A stretch of 26,315 bases of DNA from IMG/VR virus record IMGVR_UViG_3300037470_000043, positions 1 through 26,315 of that record; one strand, written 5' to 3'. Below, piece after piece: positions 1-9,300 of the stretch. Source of the DNA: a virus (Duplodnaviria; Caudoviricetes). Both the position numbers and the translations under genes were made by a program. Position 1 is the first letter of the stretch. Each line of letters starts with the position of its first letter. The notes below the pieces were generated by a model, which saw nothing but the letters and a program-made list of their open reading frames with translations, searched no databases and was not told where the DNA came from.

Positions 1-159
1 ACTCATGTCTTTGGCGTGATTATCCAAGACCTGGTTCAGCTCTGTCAAACACACGGAGCAGGATTAGTTATCGGAGCTTTTCTTGAAAGGAAGATTACAC
101 TTGAGCAGATGTGCAAGTTGAAGCTTCCTGAAAGGAGTAACAATGGCAACGATAAATGA
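1..159 (+). CDS. Hypothetical protein, 3' part (truncated by window start)
   Basis: Frame 1 is open from base 1 (THVFGVIIQDLVQLCQTHGAGLVIGAFLERK...) to TGA at 157-159 and overlaps the next start, as expected for coupled phage genes. Confidence 0.6.
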   Translation, partial: THVFGVIIQDLVQLCQTHGAGLVIGAFLERKITLEQMCKLKLPERSNNGNDK

Positions 160-415
160 TCTTACTACATCCATCACCGAGCTTCCTTTTGAACAGGCTA
201 TGTTAGTTATTCTTAACCGACGAAACGCCAGAAGAATAGCTTTAACGGAAGCACAGACAAAAAAAGCTGCAAAGGCTGAAGCTAAAGCCGCTAAAGAAAA
301 TAAAACTAAAGGGGCTAAAGCTAAGCCTAAACTCACTTCAACTGAACTTGCATCCGCTTTGTCTATAGAACAAAAACAACTCTTACTGGCAGAACTTCTC
401 GGAGGAAAGAAATGA
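143..415 (+). CDS. Small Lys/Ala-rich hypothetical protein, possibly nucleic-acid binding
   Basis: SD AAAGGAG upstream of the ATG. Basic low-complexity core KKAAKAEAKAAKENKTKGAKAKPK. Stop overlaps the next start (ATGA). Confidence 0.75.
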   Translation: MATINDLTTSITELPFEQAMLVILNRRNARRIALTEAQTKKAAKAEAKAAKENKTKGAKAKPKLTSTELASALSIEQKQLLLAELLGGKK

Positions 416-1830
416 CGACTTTTAGCGAACCTGTTAATACTCCTTTTACTATGGCCGAAGTTCCTTTGCATTTGATCGACAAAGGAACTCGTTACAGAGA
501 GGACTACGGTGATATTGACGAGCTTGCGGCGTCGATTCAAGAAAACGGATTGATCTGTCCTATCGCAATCAGTAATCATCCTGAGGCTGATAGTGCTTAT
601 CAGTACTTGCTCTGTGCCGGTGGGCGTAGATTTGCCGCGCACGAGAAACTCGAAGCCACGCACATTCCGGCGAATATCTATAACAGACAGCTAACCGAAA
701 TTGAACTCCGTACGATCGAACTGGAAGAGAACTTAAAGCGCAAAGATCTTCTCTGGGAAGAGAAGTGTACAATGCGTAAAAAGATTCACGATCTCAAACT
801 GCTTATTCACGGCCCGAAAACTTCTACTGCTGTAGATGCTCCTGGCCATTCAATCCGTGACACCGCTGCTCAGCTCGGCGTTAGTCACATGAGCGTTTCA
901 CGTGATCTTAAACTCGCTGAGACGATGCAGAAATTTCCTGAGATTGCATGGTCGAAGTGCAAGAACCAATCCGACGCCGAGAAGCTGGTTAAAAAGATCG
1001 AACAAACGTTCGTGAAAGAAGAACTAGCCAAACGCGTTGAGGCTTCGCTCGGCGGTAATGCTAATTTGAAAATTCGCAAACTGGCGGATGCTTATATTGT
1101 CAGAGATTTCTTTGACGTAGCGAAAGAAATTCCTGCCAATATGTACCAGTTTGTTGAGATAGATCCTCCGTATGCGATTGATTTAGTTAACGTTAAAAAG
1201 GACTACATCAATGACGGCTATAACGAAGTTCCTGCCGAAGACTACCCCGCATTCATGCAAAAAGTTTTCGCTGAATGCTATCGTGTCATGGCTGCTAACT
1301 CATGGGGCGTATGCTGGTTTGGGCCTGATCCTTGGTATTCTCATATTATTACCTGGCTTCGTGCTGCTGGTTTTAACGTATGCGGTATTCCTTGCGTGTG
1401 GATTAAGCCTTCTGGCCAGACCAAAAGTCCTAACACGCGCTTGGCTAATGCGTACGAATCGTTTTTCTACTTCGCCAAAGGACAGCCTGCGATAATTGGA
1501 GCGGGAAGGATTAACGTTTTTAATTACCCGCCCGTCCCGCATCAGTATAAAACGCATCCTACTGAACGCCCGGTTGAAATGATTCGTGACTTGTTAAAAA
1601 CCTTCACCATGCCTGGTTCGCATGTACTTGTACCTTTTGCTGGTTCCGGCGCTACATTAATTGCCGCAGCCCTTGAAAACATGATTCCATTAGGAACTGA
1701 TTTGACGTCTGGTTATCGTGATGGATACATCCTTAATCTGAAAAGGACTTTCGATAATGGACTTAAACAGCAAGAAACAAGCGCCGCTAACCGCGCAGCA
1801 GCCGTTGCCCTTCCGATCGTGCCCGGGTAA
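412..1830 (+). CDS. ParB/Spo0J N-terminal domain + HTH + N4-C/N6-A DNA methyltransferase (beta class) fusion
   Basis: ParB motifs: IDELAASIQENGLICPI, AGGRRFAA (GxRR arginine patch) and EENLKRKDL. HTH-like SIRDTAAQLGVSHMSVSRDL. MTase catalytic DPPY precedes HPTERP and SAM-binding VPFAGSG (beta order). SD GGAGG. Confidence 0.9.
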   Translation: MTTFSEPVNTPFTMAEVPLHLIDKGTRYREDYGDIDELAASIQENGLICPIAISNHPEADSAYQYLLCAGGRRFAAHEKLEATHIPANIYNRQLTEIELRTIELEENLKRKDLLWEEKCTMRKKIHDLKLLIHGPKTSTAVDAPGHSIRDTAAQLGVSHMSVSRDLKLAETMQKFPEIAWSKCKNQSDAEKLVKKIEQTFVKEELAKRVEASLGGNANLKIRKLADAYIVRDFFDVAKEIPANMYQFVEIDPPYAIDLVNVKKDYINDGYNEVPAEDYPAFMQKVFAECYRVMAANSWGVCWFGPDPWYSHIITWLRAAGFNVCGIPCVWIKPSGQTKSPNTRLANAYESFFYFAKGQPAIIGAGRINVFNYPPVPHQYKTHPTERPVEMIRDLLKTFTMPGSHVLVPFAGSGATLIAAALENMIPLGTDLTSGYRDGYILNLKRTFDNGLKQQETSAANRAAAVALPIVPG

Positions 1831-1945
1831 GGTTGAAGTTTACTCACGTGTTTGCGGCTTCTTTCGCCCTGTTCAGCAATGGAATCCTGGCAAGAAGGAG
1901 GAATTTTATGAGCGGCGTACATATGACGTTAGTAAAATCGGCTGA
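1757..1945 (+). CDS. Small NrdD C-terminal-like protein (class III RNR glycyl-radical loop)
   Basis: VEVYSRVCGFFRPVQQWNPGKKEEFYERRTY matches the NrdD C-terminal signature (RVxGY glycyl-radical motif, then RPVxxWNxGKxxEFxxR). SD-like AAAAGGA upstream. Confidence 0.85.
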   Translation: MDLNSKKQAPLTAQQPLPFRSCPGKVEVYSRVCGFFRPVQQWNPGKKEEFYERRTYDVSKIG

Positions 1946-2462
1946 AACTTATCGTCTTAGCAAAAAGCAGCAGCAATATTTTCTGAACATTGCTAAAGAA
2001 GTTGCTAAGGCCTCTTCCTGTCACTCTCGTAAAATCGGTGCAGTGTTGATTACGCAAAGTGGTCAGATTATTTCGACTGGGTATAACGGTCCTCCCCGAG
2101 GCGTTACACATTGCGGAACGGCCAGAGTTCCAAGAGATAAGGTTTTAAATAAACTGGCTGCGATACTTACTTACGAAGACTGTCCGCGGAGACTGTTGCA
2201 TTACGATTCAGGCCAAGGTTTACAAATCTGCCCTGCCGCCCATGCAGAACGTAATGCACTAATCCAAGCTGCGCGTCATGGGATTTCGACTGAGGCTACG
2301 ATCCTTTGTCTTACGTGTTGTATTCCGTGCAAAGATTGTCTAATCGAAATCATCAACGCAGGTGTGCGTACGGTTTATGTGACGTCACTTGAGCACTATG
2401 ACCTTCTTAGCGAGTATCTTATCGAGGAGTCAGGAATCCAGATTTTTCAATACGAAGAATAA
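1908..2462 (+). CDS. dCMP deaminase (ComEB/deoxycytidylate deaminase family)
   Basis: Motifs SSCHSRKIGAV, STGYNGPPRG, HAERNAL and PCKDC (Zn-binding HxE...PCxxC). Start moved from the track's TTG at 1833 to ATG 1908, which follows a strong SD (AAGGAGG). Confidence 0.92.
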   Translation: MSGVHMTLVKSAETYRLSKKQQQYFLNIAKEVAKASSCHSRKIGAVLITQSGQIISTGYNGPPRGVTHCGTARVPRDKVLNKLAAILTYEDCPRRLLHYDSGQGLQICPAAHAERNALIQAARHGISTEATILCLTCCIPCKDCLIEIINAGVRTVYVTSLEHYDLLSEYLIEESGIQIFQYEE

Positions 2463-2476
2463 CAAAGGACGTTATC

Positions 2477-4948
2477 ATGGCTACTTTAATCATACCTCCA
2501 GAAGGAGATCTACAGCAAGCTAAGTTCATCATTGTCGGCGAACAGCCAGGCATGGTGGAAGTACGCATGCTTAAACCGTTCGTAGGTCCTACTGGACGTG
2601 AGTTGAACGAAGACTTGCAGATGATAGGAATTGCGAGAGCGGATTGCTATCTGACGAACATAATTAAAGATTACGATCATCCGTTAGAGCATTACATTGA
2701 GTACAATTCGAAGACGAAACAAATATCCGTTACCCAAGGATTTAATGATTATGTTGAGCAGCTGTATAAAGAACTCGTACATTCCTCGGCCATCATCATT
2801 GCACTCGGCAATGTGGCAACTTACGCCCTTACAGGTAAGTGGGGAATTACGAAATGGCGGGGTAGTCGTCTGCCATCAACACTACTCCCTGGAAGGATTG
2901 TTTATCCGACATTTCATCCAGCAACAGTGTTACCTCCGAAGAATCAGTTTTTGAACAAGACTTTAATTCAATTCGATATCCAGAAAGCTAAAAAAGAAGC
3001 TGATGGATTGTACGTCCCTACGACGCGTGAGCTAATTACTTCACCTTCGTTTGACGATTGTTTAACGTTTCTATCCGAGTGTGAAACTAAAGGACTCGAA
3101 GGAGCCATGATTGACTATGACATTGAGATTTACGGGGAAGAGGTTAGTTGTATATCCTTTTCAGCTCCTCGTGAAATTCACACTGCTATGTCAATTCCGT
3201 TCTTTTCTGGAAGAGATTATTTCACACCTGAACAAGAAACACTTGTCTGGCTGAAGATCGCTGCGATACTTGAAAATCCGGCTATCATCAAACGAGGGCA
3301 GAACATAATCTTCGACACACATTTTCTGCTACGTAAATACGGAATCAAAGGCGTGAATTTTCATGATACTATGATAGCTCAACGTACGTTGATGACGGAA
3401 TTTCCCATCGGCTTAGATTTCATCACGTCCATCTACACCGATCAACCGTACTACAAAGAGGACGGTAAGCGAAACTTCGGGGGACAGAACTGGTATCAGC
3501 TCTGGGCCTATAACGCAACTGATTCGTTAATGTGTCAAGAAGCATTTCCGAAGCAGCTGGAAGAGCTACATAAGCTACACACTTATGAAGCCTACGATCG
3601 TCAACGTAAGTTAATCGAACCTTTGACTTACATGATGGAACGAGGCTTGCGTGTTGATATCGAAAAATTCCGTAAGCGGCGGCAAGAACTGGACATTGAA
3701 ATCGAAACAATAAAAGAGGAGCTTGATAAGGTAGCTGGGCAGCCGTTGAATGCAAACTCCCCGGTTCAGTTGGCTAAGTATTTCTACGGCACGCTCAACC
3801 AACACGCTTACAAGAGTCGTAAAACAGGCAACGTTACCACTGACGATCTTGCTATGAAACGCTTGGCGAGAAAAGGATTTAAAGCGGCTCAGTTAGTTCT
3901 CGAAATTCGCAGCCGGGTTAAGTTAGCTTCAACGTATCTGGCTGAATCAAAGCTCTCCGCTGATGGCAGGTTACGTTGTTCTTACAATCCTGTAGGCACA
4001 GTGTTTAGTCGTCTATCTTCAAGTGAGAATTTGTTTGGTGAGGGAATGAATCTTCAAAACATTCCTCACGAAATTCGAGATATGCTTCTAGCTGATGAAG
4101 ATTATCTTTGGTTTTCTTTCGACCTAGGCCAAGCAGAGAACCGCATCGTAGCTTACGTTGGCCGAATCGATCCAATGATTCGAGCCTTTGAAGAAGGCAA
4201 GGATGTACACAAATTAACTGCTTCATTGATCTTTAAAAAACCGCCAGAAGAAATTTCATCCGAACCAGGTTCCAGTACTCTTGGCGATGGTAAGCACTCA
4301 GAACGGGATTGGGGGAAACGGTCTAATCACGGATTGAACTATGACTTTGGTTATAAATCCTTTGCACTGCTTTATGAAATGGCTGAACGCGATGCTAAGT
4401 TTATCGTTGACTCATATCATAAAGTATATCCAGGAGTGCGGCAAGGCTTTCACACACACGTAAAACGTTCTTTACGTGAAAGCCGTACGTTGACGAATTT
4501 AATGGGACGGCGGACGTTGTTTCTCGGCCCGTTAATTGACGAGACGTTCAAACAAGCCTATGCTTGTATACCGCAAGGGACGGTAGGGGATGTGATTAAC
4601 GAACGTGGATTGGAGTATATTTATTATAACCAGTCCAAGTTTAGTTCACTTGAACTACTAACCCAAACCCACGACGATATCGGCTTTCAGATTCCAATAA
4701 AAGTCGGCTGGTTACACATGGCAAGGATGCTTTGGGATATCAAGCAATCGCTTGAAACGCCTTTACAAGTTCATGAATATAAATTCGTAATCCCCGCAGA
4801 CTTAACCATTGGGCTGAATATGGCTAAGCATCAAGGGAAAGAATTAAAACAAAAGAACTTTCCTAAATCCGTAGAAGAACTTGCTATACAACTTGAAACT
4901 ATCTACGCAGAATTAAGGACACATCATGGGCAAACGGGAGTTAACTGA
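2477..4948 (+). CDS. polA: Family A DNA polymerase with N-terminal uracil-DNA-glycosylase-like domain and 3'-5' exonuclease
   Basis: UDG family-4-like motifs GEQPG..E....PFVGPTG, YLTNIIK, ALGNVA and TFHPA. Exo I/II/III: YDIE, QNIIFD, YNATD. Pol motif A DLGQAENRIVA, motif B RDWGKRSNHGLNY, motif C THDD. SD AAAGGA. Confidence 0.95.
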   Translation: MATLIIPPEGDLQQAKFIIVGEQPGMVEVRMLKPFVGPTGRELNEDLQMIGIARADCYLTNIIKDYDHPLEHYIEYNSKTKQISVTQGFNDYVEQLYKELVHSSAIIIALGNVATYALTGKWGITKWRGSRLPSTLLPGRIVYPTFHPATVLPPKNQFLNKTLIQFDIQKAKKEADGLYVPTTRELITSPSFDDCLTFLSECETKGLEGAMIDYDIEIYGEEVSCISFSAPREIHTAMSIPFFSGRDYFTPEQETLVWLKIAAILENPAIIKRGQNIIFDTHFLLRKYGIKGVNFHDTMIAQRTLMTEFPIGLDFITSIYTDQPYYKEDGKRNFGGQNWYQLWAYNATDSLMCQEAFPKQLEELHKLHTYEAYDRQRKLIEPLTYMMERGLRVDIEKFRKRRQELDIEIETIKEELDKVAGQPLNANSPVQLAKYFYGTLNQHAYKSRKTGNVTTDDLAMKRLARKGFKAAQLVLEIRSRVKLASTYLAESKLSADGRLRCSYNPVGTVFSRLSSSENLFGEGMNLQNIPHEIRDMLLADEDYLWFSFDLGQAENRIVAYVGRIDPMIRAFEEGKDVHKLTASLIFKKPPEEISSEPGSSTLGDGKHSERDWGKRSNHGLNYDFGYKSFALLYEMAERDAKFIVDSYHKVYPGVRQGFHTHVKRSLRESRTLTNLMGRRTLFLGPLIDETFKQAYACIPQGTVGDVINERGLEYIYYNQSKFSSLELLTQTHDDIGFQIPIKVGWLHMARMLWDIKQSLETPLQVHEYKFVIPADLTIGLNMAKHQGKELKQKNFPKSVEELAIQLETIYAELRTHHGQTGVN

Positions 4949-6113
4949 TTGGATAGACGGCTATTTAGCCTATACCCATAATACAGAACCTCCTGACTCC
5001 TATCGCCTATGGTGTGGAATCTCAGTGTTAGCTTCTGTGTTGCAGCGAAAGTGTAAGCTACCTTGGGGTAGTCTAACCTTTTATCCTAACATGTACATTG
5101 TACTGGTTGGGCCAGCAGGGAAAGCTCGCAAGGGAACTGCTATGGCTCCAGCACAGAAGCTGCTAGAAGATTTAGACATCAAAATGGCTGCGGAGTCTAT
5201 GACACGTGAGTCGTTGATTAAATGTCTGGCAGAGACGAGTGAAAGTATTCAAGACGCAGAAGGAAAGATTACGTTCCACTCTTCGTTAACAATCTTCTCG
5301 CCGGAGTTGGTAGTCTTTCTCGGACAGAATAACCAGAACCTGTTAATGGATTTAACTGACTGGTATGATTGTCGGAATCGTTGGACGTATCGTACGAAGA
5401 ACATGGGGACTGACGAGATTACAGGGATCTATGTTAACTTAATCGGTGCCACAACGCCTGAGTTAATTCGATCTACCCTGCCGTTAGACGCCATTGGAGG
5501 TGGCTTAACTTCCCGAATGGTTTTTGTCTACGAGGAGAAGAAAGGAAAAATCGTAGCGGCTCCGATGCTTTCAAAAGAAGAGATGGAACTTCAAGCAACA
5601 CTGCGGAGAGACTTAGAACGGATCTACTTAATGCGTGGCGAATTCCGTGTGACGCAAGGATTTTTCGATAAATGGGTTGAGTGGTACACAGCCCAGGAAG
5701 ATAATCCACCCTTCGTCGATCCACGCTTTGCTGGATATATCGAACGTCGTCCGAATCATGTGATGAAGCTTTCGATGATTCTAAACGCCAGCAGAACAAG
5801 TACCATGATTATAGATAAAACTGACATTGACAGAGCTATAAAAATCTTAACTTTCACTGAACGCAAAATGACGAATACGTTTAGTGGCGTAGGTAAGTCC
5901 AACAACGCTGACGTTATCAGTCGCGTTATGTCTGAGATCGCGATAAGAAAACAAATCACGTTCTCGCAGTTGTTAGAACTGTTTTATTTTGATGCGGATA
6001 AACGCGTGTTGACAGGGATAGTTGAGACGCTGAAAGAAATGAAATTCATTAACACGATTCAGAAGGCGAATGAGTTAATACTTTGTTACTTAGACAAGCC
6101 ACCGGCAGAATAA
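4926..6113 (+). CDS. DUF3987/YfjI-like P-loop AAA+ protein, putative replicative helicase
   Basis: YPNMYIVLVGPAGKARKGTA (Walker A variant), LTIFSPEL (Walker B region), NLIGATTP, GLTSRM (arginine finger), and a helical C-terminus. Overlaps the end of the polymerase gene. Confidence 0.72.
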   Translation: MGKRELTDWIDGYLAYTHNTEPPDSYRLWCGISVLASVLQRKCKLPWGSLTFYPNMYIVLVGPAGKARKGTAMAPAQKLLEDLDIKMAAESMTRESLIKCLAETSESIQDAEGKITFHSSLTIFSPELVVFLGQNNQNLLMDLTDWYDCRNRWTYRTKNMGTDEITGIYVNLIGATTPELIRSTLPLDAIGGGLTSRMVFVYEEKKGKIVAAPMLSKEEMELQATLRRDLERIYLMRGEFRVTQGFFDKWVEWYTAQEDNPPFVDPRFAGYIERRPNHVMKLSMILNASRTSTMIIDKTDIDRAIKILTFTERKMTNTFSGVGKSNNADVISRVMSEIAIRKQITFSQLLELFYFDADKRVLTGIVETLKEMKFINTIQKANELILCYLDKPPAE

Positions 6114-6116
6114 CTT

Positions 6117-6323
6117 AGCCCGACTTCTTGAACTGTTAACACACTAACCAAGAAAGGAGAAGAACAGTTCTGCGTAAAGCAACAAGAGGCTATCGTCGTT
6201 GTCCGGGTAAGTTTCGTTCGTTGAAAACTTCGCTAGGCAGCGCTAACCTTTTCGAACTTTGCGACCCAAAACTAAATACCTCCTAAGACGGTGTAATTGT
6301 AGGATGGAAGTCGGGCTTTTTTT
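6117..6323 (+). ncRNA. Candidate structured RNA or ssDNA element (~200 nt)
   Basis: Perfect 11-bp terminal inverted repeat AGCCCGACTTC (6117-6127) / GAAGTCGGGCT (6307-6317), followed by a T-run. Internal stems GAACTGTT/AACAGTTC, GGGT/ACCC, GTTCG/CGAAC, CGCT/AGCG and TCCTA/TAGGA. No long ORF. Confidence 0.5.
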
Positions 6324-6326
6324 AAC

Positions 6327-6349
6327 CTGTGGAAAAAATTGTTACATAG
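6327..6349. repeat. 23-bp palindromic motif, copy 1
   Basis: CTGTGGAAAA AAT TGTTACATAG, directly next to the terminator. Confidence 0.85.
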
Positions 6350-6389
6350 AAAGGGCTAGTTAGAAATTAATCTAACTAGCCCTTTTTTT
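6350..6389. terminator. Intrinsic terminator between convergent operons, probably bidirectional
   Basis: 15-bp stem AAAGGGCTAGTTAGA / TCTAACTAGCCCTTT with loop AATTAA. T7 tract on the + strand and TTTCT on the - strand. Confidence 0.9.
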
Positions 6390-6392
6390 CGT

Positions 6393-9300
6393 TTAACGTT
6401 TAGGTCTTTTTCGTGACTTAATCCTAGCCCGTCCAGATTGTTTCTTCGCATGTCCAGCGTCTAACTTTCGCAAGCCAAATATTTGATCTGTTGGCGTGTC
6501 GTAATACTTATTCGGATAATCATTATCTTGCATAGTCAAGTACTTAACTATCGGCGTGTAATCAAAGTGTTCCTTCGCACCTTCCAATACACCTTTCTGA
6601 TTCATTTCAGTTAACAACTGAACTGGTGGAGACGCAGCTGTCTTAGGCATGGCTGTTGCGTAATACGGAAACTCTTTCGTTCCATGTAGCCAGTCACGCA
6701 TGTAAGGAGCTTCAGTAAACCAGTGAAGAATATCCTTCCCTTCGCTTCGAAAAAGAGCCGTTACTGCGCCAACCATTAACGTATACCGCAGCAGCCGATT
6801 TCGTTTGCTCTTACCGAACGCATCCTTACCCCCTGTCCACTGATCCTTTAAAAGCGATGCACGAAGTTCGAAGGTTTTTTGCACGGTGGTTTGAAACATT
6901 CCAAGCAACCTACCGGCCGGGTTCTTCATGTATAATGGCTGGTCAACACCGCCACGAAAGTTAGCTTTGAGAATAGAATCTAACACTAAGGCACGTGCTT
7001 GATCTACTGTCAACTTAGCGTTCGCTGAGGCGATCGTAGTAGCCATAATCGTAACACCGTTATCTAACATCTCCGTTGTAGTTGTTAGGCTGCCTGATAA
7101 AGCTTTAACTAACGACCACGAAGATTTAAGCCCTGGTGTTTCGTCTAGAACTCTAACAATCTGATCCATTGAAACGTAGGCTTTAAACAAATCCAGCTCA
7201 GGAGTATCACCTTTCATGCCAAGCATTTTAGCCGTAGCCTGTAACGGAAGTTTTGAGGTCTGATACATTCCTTGCATTGTTGCCGACATAGTGTTGACAC
7301 CGAAAGTATCAAGTAGCTTCGATGCGTGCTTAGCTGCCGTTGACAAGGACAAACCTACGAGCCTTACGTACTCAGCGTTCACAACTCCGTTAACTACTTT
7401 ATTAACCAAGCCACCGTGTTCTTTATACAGGTTCGACTTGAGCCAATCCTGCATCATCTCACGCATGTTAGGTGGAGCTTGATACTCAATAAAATCACTC
7501 CACCGATCTAGCAAAGGCTGGAAAGCTAGCTTTCGCTCGACAGTAGGAATATAGTGATCCAGCAACTGATTAATGTCAGGAAGCCATACACGAGAATATG
7601 GAACCTGAGAAGCGAACTTTAATTTAATCGGCACACTTGGTACGTACTTAAAAGCCTTAGCCCATTTATCAGTAGCTATCTCACCAAACGAATGCGTGAT
7701 GTAAGCACCGTCTTCTTTCGTAGGCAATCCGAGCTCACGCATACGGGTAGCTGTAGCTTCAAAATACTCCGTAGCTTTTTCAGCTAACATCGCTTCAGCA
7801 GGGGAAAGAGAAATTCCTTTTGGTAACTTTCCTGCGGCAGCCAAAGCAACACGGACACGTGGATTCTTCTCCGCCAAAGGCACAATCATTTTATCGTACT
7901 TGTTTACTAAATTCTCCATTGTAGCTTTACGAAGATTCTTATAACGTTTACCTGCTGCGGTTGCCTGTGCTTTATACTTAGCAACAGCCATTTGAGCTTT
8001 GACTAACTCAGCCTTGTAGATCGGAATCTTCGGATGCGCTGCATGGGTGTTAGCTAAGCGACGTTCATTCAGCTTAACCATCTTCTCTGCATCTTTTCTC
8101 CGCACAGAATGCTGGCCTACCTCAGCTTTAAGCTGATCACTTTTATCTAATCCTTTCCGAGTCTCTTCGTACAGCTTACCTAACGTCTGTTCAATGGCTT
8201 GAGTTGCGCTAGGTAATTTACCAAACGTATCCTTAGCCCAACGTTGCGTGTTGCGGATATTAGTACCTAACGCCATCGTACTTTCCATGGCATCTATAAT
8301 CAAACTAGTCCCTGGTTTGAAAAACTTACGCAGGGCAAAGCTTGGCGTAAGCAGGTGGCCTGAGGTAGTACTCGCACGACCACTACCAATCCGCATAAGA
8401 TCCTTTGAAGGATCTAACATTTCAGGAGAATCTTTTGGAATAGCAGGCTTTTGACGCTTAGGCACTTCAAACGAGCCTTGTTTGTACTTAGGCACTATCC
8501 GATCAATTGACTTCATGTAATCGACCAGATCTTTAATCGGACTTACGCTGGGGTTAAACGCTCTGTCAAGATCGATTTCCATTTGCTGCTTAATCAGGTT
8601 AGCATAATACGCAGCTTCTGCCTCAGACAGCTTAACCTTTTTAACTGTCTTCTCTTCAGCTTTCTTCATGTCCTTTTTAACTTTCGCTTTTCCTGCTACG
8701 TCTTTCAATACTTCTTTTACCGTTGTCAACTCTTCCACTACTTGTGGAATTTCCGTAACATCTCCTGAAGCTGCGGCAGCTTTCACTTTTTGCTGCCCCT
8801 CTCCGATAGCTTCCGCTGCCGCCGTAGTTTCGTCATAGCCCAGATGAATAACCTTACGCTTAGCTGCGTTAAGCTCGGCTGCAACTTCTTTCAACGAACG
8901 TTTAAGTTTGCTGACGTCTTTACCCAGCGCTCCGCGCTCGTCGCTGAACAGATCCGTAAGATCACGTACAGTTCTTCCTAACCTACCTTCAATTTCTTCA
9001 ACCTGATCGTAATAATCCTTCTCCTGATCAAGCTGCTTAAGCTCTTCCCAGGATTGCATTTCAGGATCATAAGCATCAGGATCGCTGTCAAGAATCTGTT
9101 GAATCTCTTCCTCAGGAGTTAACTGTTTCTTTGTCTTAGTTTTTTCCGCGGCGGCTTTAATCGCATCTCGCCGAGTAGCTTGACTTTGTTTCATAGTCAG
9201 TTCAGCCATAACAGGCTCAGGGGCCTTAGCCATAACTTGACTGGAAGGCTTATTCGCCAACGCTTTTGTGTCATACGTTCTCGCACCTTCTTCATACTCC

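Noticed and set aside
1833-1907. TTG-started N-terminal extension of dCMP deaminase
   Set aside because: It overlaps the conserved NrdD-like frame, and ATG 1908 has a much better SD.
6243-6269. Tiny - strand ORF MGRKVRKG after SD AGGAGG (type I toxin?)
   Set aside because: Only 8 codons with a TTG start, not hydrophobic, and downstream of the terminator. It cannot be supported.
6117-6323. Retron msr-msd or c-di-GMP riboswitch
   Set aside because: The terminal inverted repeats are retron-like, but no reverse transcriptase is in the window. The - strand GGGTCGCAAAG resembles the c-di-GMP-I core but lacks the GNRA stem and has no downstream gene to control.
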